56,850 nucleotides of DNA from Octopus bimaculoides (taxonomy: Eukaryota). Shown piece by piece: positions 49,862 to 56,850 of this stretch (position 1 is the first letter of the stretch; each line of letters starts with the position of its first letter). A program made the position numbers and the translations under genes. Under the pieces are notes generated by a model, which was not told where the DNA came from, made no database searches, and saw only the letters and a program-made list of their open reading frames with translations. The stretch lies in the NCBI RefSeq assembly GCF_001194135.2, contig NC_068994.1, positions 56,657,691 through 56,714,540 of the forward strand, given 5' to 3'.

Positions 49862-51775
49862 AATACATTTACATAGAGCATAGAAAATAAAAATACTAAG
49901 GAGAGAATCCATACTTTTTTAATTGGACAGGTGCGCCTATAGTAGAAAAGATAATTTAATTAGAAGCCTTTCTCTCCAATAGTCTTGGAGGTGCCGTAAA
50001 AATGATTTCCAAGACTGCTGGAAAAATATGAATAAGTAATGACTAATAAGGAATGACTTACTGGGACCTGGTTCGAATACTTGCATCAGAATGGTATCTA
50101 TTAATGGCACTAAACAACCAGATGTTTCTTCCAAACCGTACTGTCGCGCATGCGAGCAATTATGTGAGTTTCTTCAACGAAATATCGCACAGTTTATGTC
50201 TACCGAAATGTGGTTGTGGAGGCAGCGGAGGTGCCTCAAGGTGGCTATGGGGAGAGTCCTTGAAAGAGCAGTGCTACCAGAAATGTGGCTAACTGGACAC
50301 AAACTGGGGCTTCACCAGCCAACCCCTGTTTTACCCTAGCAAGAATCTCAGATCGAATGATACGAAACGTGAAACGACCCCTGGAATTCTCATTGATGAT
50401 GTATCCAGGTTTATCTCAGGATGATGTACGGAGAAACTCTCAAATATCTGGTCGACTGGAAGCTATTTTAAATGTCTTCATGCAACGTTCCACGCTGAAG
50501 GATCGAAACGAAAACTTCGTAGCAAACTGCTTCATCACACAGCTATCTCTACATCACAACCGCAACGCAAAAATATATAGATTAATTAATTCCACTTAAG
50601 AAGATATATTTCTGGTATTGCTCAAAATAAATTTAAATGTTTTAATCTCTAAAGAACGTGCACGTCTCTAGGGACCGCAGCATCGACATTTCTACGTAGA
50701 CGGATCGTTTATTAACTAGATCGAAACCATTGTCTGATACGTGTGTCTATTCTAACGATTCCCTTCCACTAATTGTTCCTCCAGCTTTTAAGATACGCGT
50801 GTTCCTTCCGAGTTGTTCGCGCCCTTAAATGATCCACCATTTGTTAGACACGTGTCTCCCTTCTAGTTTTATTCCCTACCCAGAAACCAATTTAATCAAG
50901 ACGATATATATGTTCACGAGTCACTCTATATGTGCCTATATATATCATATTTATGTGTGAACGCACTTATGTGTGTGTTTATTGCATCATTTCTTATATA
51001 AGAAGCTGCATAAGTGACTCAAAAACCAGCAGTTTCGTGCTATGCATTTATTAGACTCAGATTTGAATGTACCCATCGATAAATGGCTCAAAGAATTTAT
51101 TCACCCGTTTATAGGCAGATCACGTCAAATATTGATATAGGGGTATATAGGCAGTGTGAAGTGATGTCGAAAGAGAGGAGGGAGGTGGGGGAGAGAGAGA
51201 TCAAGTAAAGTTTCGAGGCACGGGTAGTGAAAACAATCGGGTGGCTAGATCACGTCAGCTGTTAATAAGGGTAGATATATCACTGTAAGTTATGATAGAC
51301 GAGTATATAGATCAGGTGAATTGAAAATATAGCCGAGTAATTTATCTACCCTGCTAACTACGCTTATATCGTGAATATACCCTTCTAGAAACACTGCAAA
51401 TAATCTATCCACCCGTCGGGAAAACAATTAAAAACATACCCATCGGTAAACAACTAACATCATATATCTACCCCTTTGTCAACAGTTCATACAGTTCATG
51501 GGTCACGTGAAATGATGACGTCAGGGAGATAGATCAAGCTAAGTGTTTGGTGGACGGGTAGATGAGTCATGTGACGTGTTGAAGGTTGGGTGGATAGATT
51601 AGGGGAACTGATGGTAGATAGTAAAAAGATATTACTAACTCTGAATAAACATGCTTCTGTTTACCACCAGGTCAATTCTGGGTTTAAACAAGTACACTTA
51701 TGACAAAAGATATGCCAACCGTGACCATCCCATCTTTTTCGAAGTATGTGTTGATCCACGTTACCCAGCGTATAC

Positions 51776-51807
<32 letters not shown>

Positions 51808-52295
51808 NNNNNNNNNNNNNNNNNNNNNNNNNNNNNNNNNNNNNNNNNNNNNNNNNNNNNNNNNNNNNNNNNNNNNNNNNNNNNNNNNNNNNNNNNNNNN
51901 NNNNNNNNNNNNNNNNNNNNNNNNNNNNNNNNNNNNNNNNNNNNNNNNNNNNNNNNNNNNNNNNNNNNNNNNNNNNNNNNNNNNNNNNNNNNNNNNNNNN
52001 NNNNNNNNNNNNNNNNNNNNNNNNNNNNNNNNNNNNNNNNNNNNNNNNNNNNNNNNNNNNNNNNNNNNNNNNNNNNNNNNNNNNNNNNNNNNNNNNNNNN
52101 NNNNNNNNNNNNNNNNNNNNNNNNNNNNNNNNNNNNNNNNNNNNNNNNNNNNNNNNNNNNNNNNNNNNNNNNNNNATATATATGCATAAGCACTGTATTT
52201 TGTGTATTTATATAGATTGTATTATATTATAATTTCCTTAATGGTTTCTCCTGCATTTTTTAAAAGCGAACATACATACATACTTGCAAACATGA

Positions 52296-52330
<35 letters not shown>

Positions 52331-52605
52331 TAGAGAGATATATAGTAAAAGAGTGATTGACATAGAGAAAGAGAAATTTTTGCGTAAGTAACAAAACTGG
52401 TGATGCTACAGTATGCGCTTGTACGAGTGTGTGTATGTGTGTGTGTTTTATCTGGATAATTGTATGTCAATACTTGTCTCGGTACTACAATATATGTGAG
52501 AAAATGCATGTGGGAGCGTGTAAATGCGAATGCATGCGTGTGTGCACGTATGTATGCATATATACATACATATATGTATGCATATTTATATATATATGTG
52601 TGTGT

Positions 52606-52641
<36 letters not shown>

Positions 52642-54124
52642 GTGTGTTTACGAGTGTGTGTCAACGAAGACGACGATCAGAAACACATCACTAACCACCC
52701 CCTCCAGCATCTCCCTCTTTCCATTAAAGCAGTCACGGTAAGAAAAGTAAGCTAGTAGCTCTTGCGATCGATCTATCGATCTAGCACCATAGAACCGACT
52801 TGTAACGTTTGAAGCCTGACCTGACTCAATGCAAAAATGTAAAAACCATACCTTGTCTCTGCAGCAGGTAAGATAGGTAGTAGCAAGCGAGCAAGCAAGT
52901 GGAATACATGCGACTAAGAGTGTAGGAAGAAGACAGGGATACATCGCGTAGAGACGAGAGATGATAATAATGGTTAGCAAGTACATTAGCATCAACAGAA
53001 GCATAGCTTATTCGACGACATTTTTCTATTGTTTCTTCTGCAATCGACTGGTTTTTCTTTTTGCATTATGCTTTATTTTATAGATAGTTTTTCTTTTCGT
53101 TTTAATATCTTTTTTTTTCTTTTTTGTCTTTTGTCAGATCACCTTCCGCCATCTTTTTGTCAGAATCATCTCTTGTCAAGCATATATATAAGTACATATA
53201 TGTATATATATAATTAGATATTATGTGTGTATACATACGTATCTCTCTCTCTCTCTCTCTCTATATATNNNNNNNNNNNNNNNNNNNNNNNNNNNNNNNN
53301 NNNNNNNNNNNNNNNNNNNNNNNNNNNNNNNNNNNNNNNNNNNNNNNNNNNNNNNNNNNNNNNNNNNNNNNNNNNNNNNNNNNNNNNNNNNNNNNNNNNN
53401 NNNNNNNNNNNNNNNNNNNNNNNNNNNNNNNNNNNNNNNNNNNNNNNNNNNNNNNNNNNNNNNNNNNNNNNNNNNNNNNNNNNNNNNNNNNNNNNNNNNN
53501 NNNNNNNNNNNNNNNNNNNNNNNNNNNNNNNNNNNNNNNNNNNNNNNNNNNNNNNNNNNNNNNNNNNNNNNNNNNNNNNNNNNNNNNNNNNNNNNNNNNN
53601 NNNNNNNNNNNNNNNNNNNNNNNNNNNNNNNNNNNNNNNNNNNNNNNNNNNNNNNNNNNNNNNNNNNNNNNNNNNNNNNNNNNNNNNNNNNNNNNNNNNN
53701 NNNNNNNNNNNNNNNNNNNNNNNNNNNNNNNNNNNNNNNNNNNNNNNNNNNNNNNNNNNNNNNNNNNNNNNNNNNNNNNNNNNNNNNNNNNNNNNNNNNN
53801 NNNNNNNNNNNNNNNNNNNNNNNNNNNNNNNNNNNNNNNNNNNNNNNNNNNNNNNNNNNNNNNNNNNNNNNNNNNNNNNNNNNNNNNNNNNNNNNNNNNN
53901 NNNNNNNNNNNNNNNNNNNNNNNNNNNNNNNNNNNNNNNNNNNNNNNNNNNNNNNNNNNNNNNNNNNNNNNNNNNNNNNNNNTGGTGGTGGTGGTGGTGG
54001 TGGTGGTGGTGGTGATTGTGTCTTTAGTGATAGCGTCGACGGCATTGTCTTTCTCTGCTTATATCACTGTTACTGTGGCGGCTTAGTTTTCATTTGCAGG
54101 TACACCACGACTGAACAGACATGA

Positions 54125-54455
54125 GGTCCGTTTAGCAATCACAAGGTTCCGGGTTCGATCACACAGCATCGTATCTTAGGGAAATGTGATTTAGAGCAAA
54201 CTCGGGTCGGCCTAAACTTTGTCAGGGAAATTAGATCAACGGAAACTGTATGGAAGTCCGTCGGATGGATTGAACTTGTAATTCAAAGGTAGCACTCAGT
54301 CACAGACTTTGGTATGCTCAATATGCTCGTGAATTACATTAATGTTAAACGTATCTGTGGAATACTCAGCCTCTTATATTTTAATTCAGGGTATGGTAAT
54401 TCAGTGAATCGAACAAATGAATCCTCATCGTAGAACGACGTAGAACCGACACCAT
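54125..54455 (+). mobile_element. Old SINE relics: family B head/core followed by family A body
   Basis: aaggttccgggttcgatc...ggaaactgtatggaagtccgtcg, then aattcaaagg...cgtatctgtggaatactcagcc, matching the reverse complement of 34400-34495. Confidence 0.55.
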
Positions 54456-55368
54456 TATTGTCTCAATATTGTTGTCGTTACGGCCCGTACTTTCGGTCTA
54501 CAAATGTCACGAAATGTTTAAGATATTCTGTTGAATAGCATCGATTGAGCAAAAAGAAAAGACACATGTCAAACAGAACACTTGGTTTCATAAAAAAAAA
54601 AAGAATTGTGCAACACGCAATAGCTATCTCTGTCTCATACTTAAAGTAGGTACATTATTGAAAGCCTGATTTACTGCTGTATTCGTCCTGAGATAGCATT
54701 TCTCATAGTCGGACAGATTTAAGAAATACAGAAATATATCAGTAGCGGATTAAATTCATCCAGTAGTGATGGTGATGTTACTACATGCGCATTTCTGTTC
54801 ATTTGAGGTCCGTCAGTAGCAAGTGTCTTTTCGTCATTACATGCTAACACAAATTCAGCCTTAGTAACTGAACAATCTCTCATGTCCTAATTAACTGGCA
54901 AGTTGAATAAAAATTCGTTATGTGCGGCAAAATCAGCGAAAAAGCACACACACACACATATATATACATATATATATACATGCATACATACATATGTGCA
55001 TATATAATGTGTGCATGTATGTGGAGAGAAAGAGAGATTGGTAGTTCGCATGAAAATTTCGAAAAGTGAATGGAGGAGAGAAACAAGTAAACAGCAAATG
55101 AAGTCAGAGAAGTAGAGCATGTAGTGAAGAAGGATTAGAAAACGGAAACGAAATGATAAGAATCAAGGAGTGTGTACAATGAAAATACATAAAAGGAAGT
55201 GAAATGATTAAAGGAAACACATTGAGAGCAGAATTTGAACCCACATACGCAAAGATGCGAATAAAATGCGATACATTATTTTGTCCAACACTATAAATTC
55301 TTTGTCCCTCTACACAAACAAAGAAACACACACGCACACGCACTTCATATATATATGCATATGTGTCG

Positions 55369-55419
<51 letters not shown>

Positions 55420-55467
55420 GCGTGTGTGTGTGTATGTACATGTATAAATATATGTATATATATATGC

Positions 55468-55523
<56 letters not shown>

Positions 55524-55655
55524 GCATATATTCATATATATATATATATACACACACACGCATGTAAATATATTTCTGTGCTCATACAAGCACACGTACG
55601 CATAGCAAAATGCACAAACATACCTATCTATCTATCTATAGACAGACAGACAGAC

Positions 55656-55688
<33 letters not shown>

Positions 55689-56663
55689 CAGATATGAAGT
55701 GAGCGAGTGAAGAAGAAAAAAAAGTGCTTAAGAAAGCGAGAGAGTTAAAGAAAAAGTTAGAGTGCGAATTTTCGAATATTTTCCTCTTCTGCTGATTAAA
55801 TTATCTTATTATGGAATTTTAATAAGTTTCTTGCCTTCAAGATAAACTTTTATAAGGAACAATTTTACGAATTATAGCATTCAGTTTATTTTTGTTATTG
55901 TTGATTTCATTTTACAGAATAACAAGCATTCTAAGACGTTTTTCCTCATATAATTTTTCATAACAATATTTATTGTGAACCTTTCTCCCCTATTTTTTGA
56001 ATAGCAATCATCAACATCAGCATGACAATCAAAAACAGCAACACCACTGTTGCCACCAGCAATAACACCTCTGTCACTACCACTACTGTAACTACTACTA
56101 CTACTACTATTACTACTACTATCACCACAATCACTACCACCATTATCCACACACTGCCATTATTACAAGAAAGTGGATTATTTATTATATGGTTCAATCC
56201 ACCTTGTAAATAACTACAAGATATAACACATAGCTAGAGCGTGCCTGTCATTTTTTAAGAGAACAATTTTCAGATAATATTTTGTTTATATAGGAAACAA
56301 TACCATCGTTTGACAACGAGGATTTACGCGTTCGATTAACAGAGTTAACTGCCCCTGAATGAGCTTGAAAGTGGATCAGCAGTCAAGAGACGTGCTTGCC
56401 GTTAACGTAATTCTCATAGAGCTAGGGACACACAGTGTGAAATCAAATACAAATACCCCAAAGAGATTCTGTACAGCCTTCGTTTATAGCACTATTGTTG
56501 TGAGTTATGGCTCACCCAGAGACATGGAAAATGACCTTTACTCTAGCCAGCCAAAAGGTAGGAACGTACGCAGTACCTCATGGCTACGAAGCAAATTCCT
56601 TAAGTGTTCAACTATAGTGTGGCCTGCGTATGAATGCATATGCGAGTGTGTGTGTGTATGAGT

Positions 56664-56700
<37 letters not shown>

Positions 56701-56850
56701 GGGTGACAGAAAGAGGGAGGAATAGATAGTTAGAAAGTGATAGAGAGATAGAGACAGATAGAGTGAGGAATAAGTATAAAATTGCATGTGAACATACATG
56801 TGCATATATACAGATATATATAGATATATATATATATATATATATATATA

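Overview
Eukaryotic, AT-rich, microsatellite-saturated draft-assembly window with 14 N gaps. The repeat content (four recurring tRNA-headed or SINE-like families, RTE, Tx1 and R4-like LINE relics, mariner relics) looks like an octopod cephalopod genome. That assignment comes from recall of these repeat families and was not checked by a search. I find no intact, recognisable host protein-coding gene, rRNA, tRNA or CRISPR array. Almost all ORF-track entries are translations of microsatellites or N gaps. The window reads as intergenic or large-intron DNA. The most interesting unexplained signals are: a 24-bp (8-codon) higher-order repeat with a nearly open minus-strand frame (37.9-38.2 kb); a minisatellite made by amplifying the ADD catalytic motif of a reverse transcriptase (39.5 kb); a candidate minus-strand first exon MTSVRYPLE|GTAAGT that may make a 29-aa micropeptide (8.1 and 6.6 kb); two decayed Penelope-type hammerhead-ribozyme-like motifs (46.9 and 49.1 kb); long fold-back elements; ratchet-like AG|GT sites; and a dense GGGTAGAT motif cluster (51.1-51.6 kb). 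All are hypotheses. None is evidence by itself of a new biological system.
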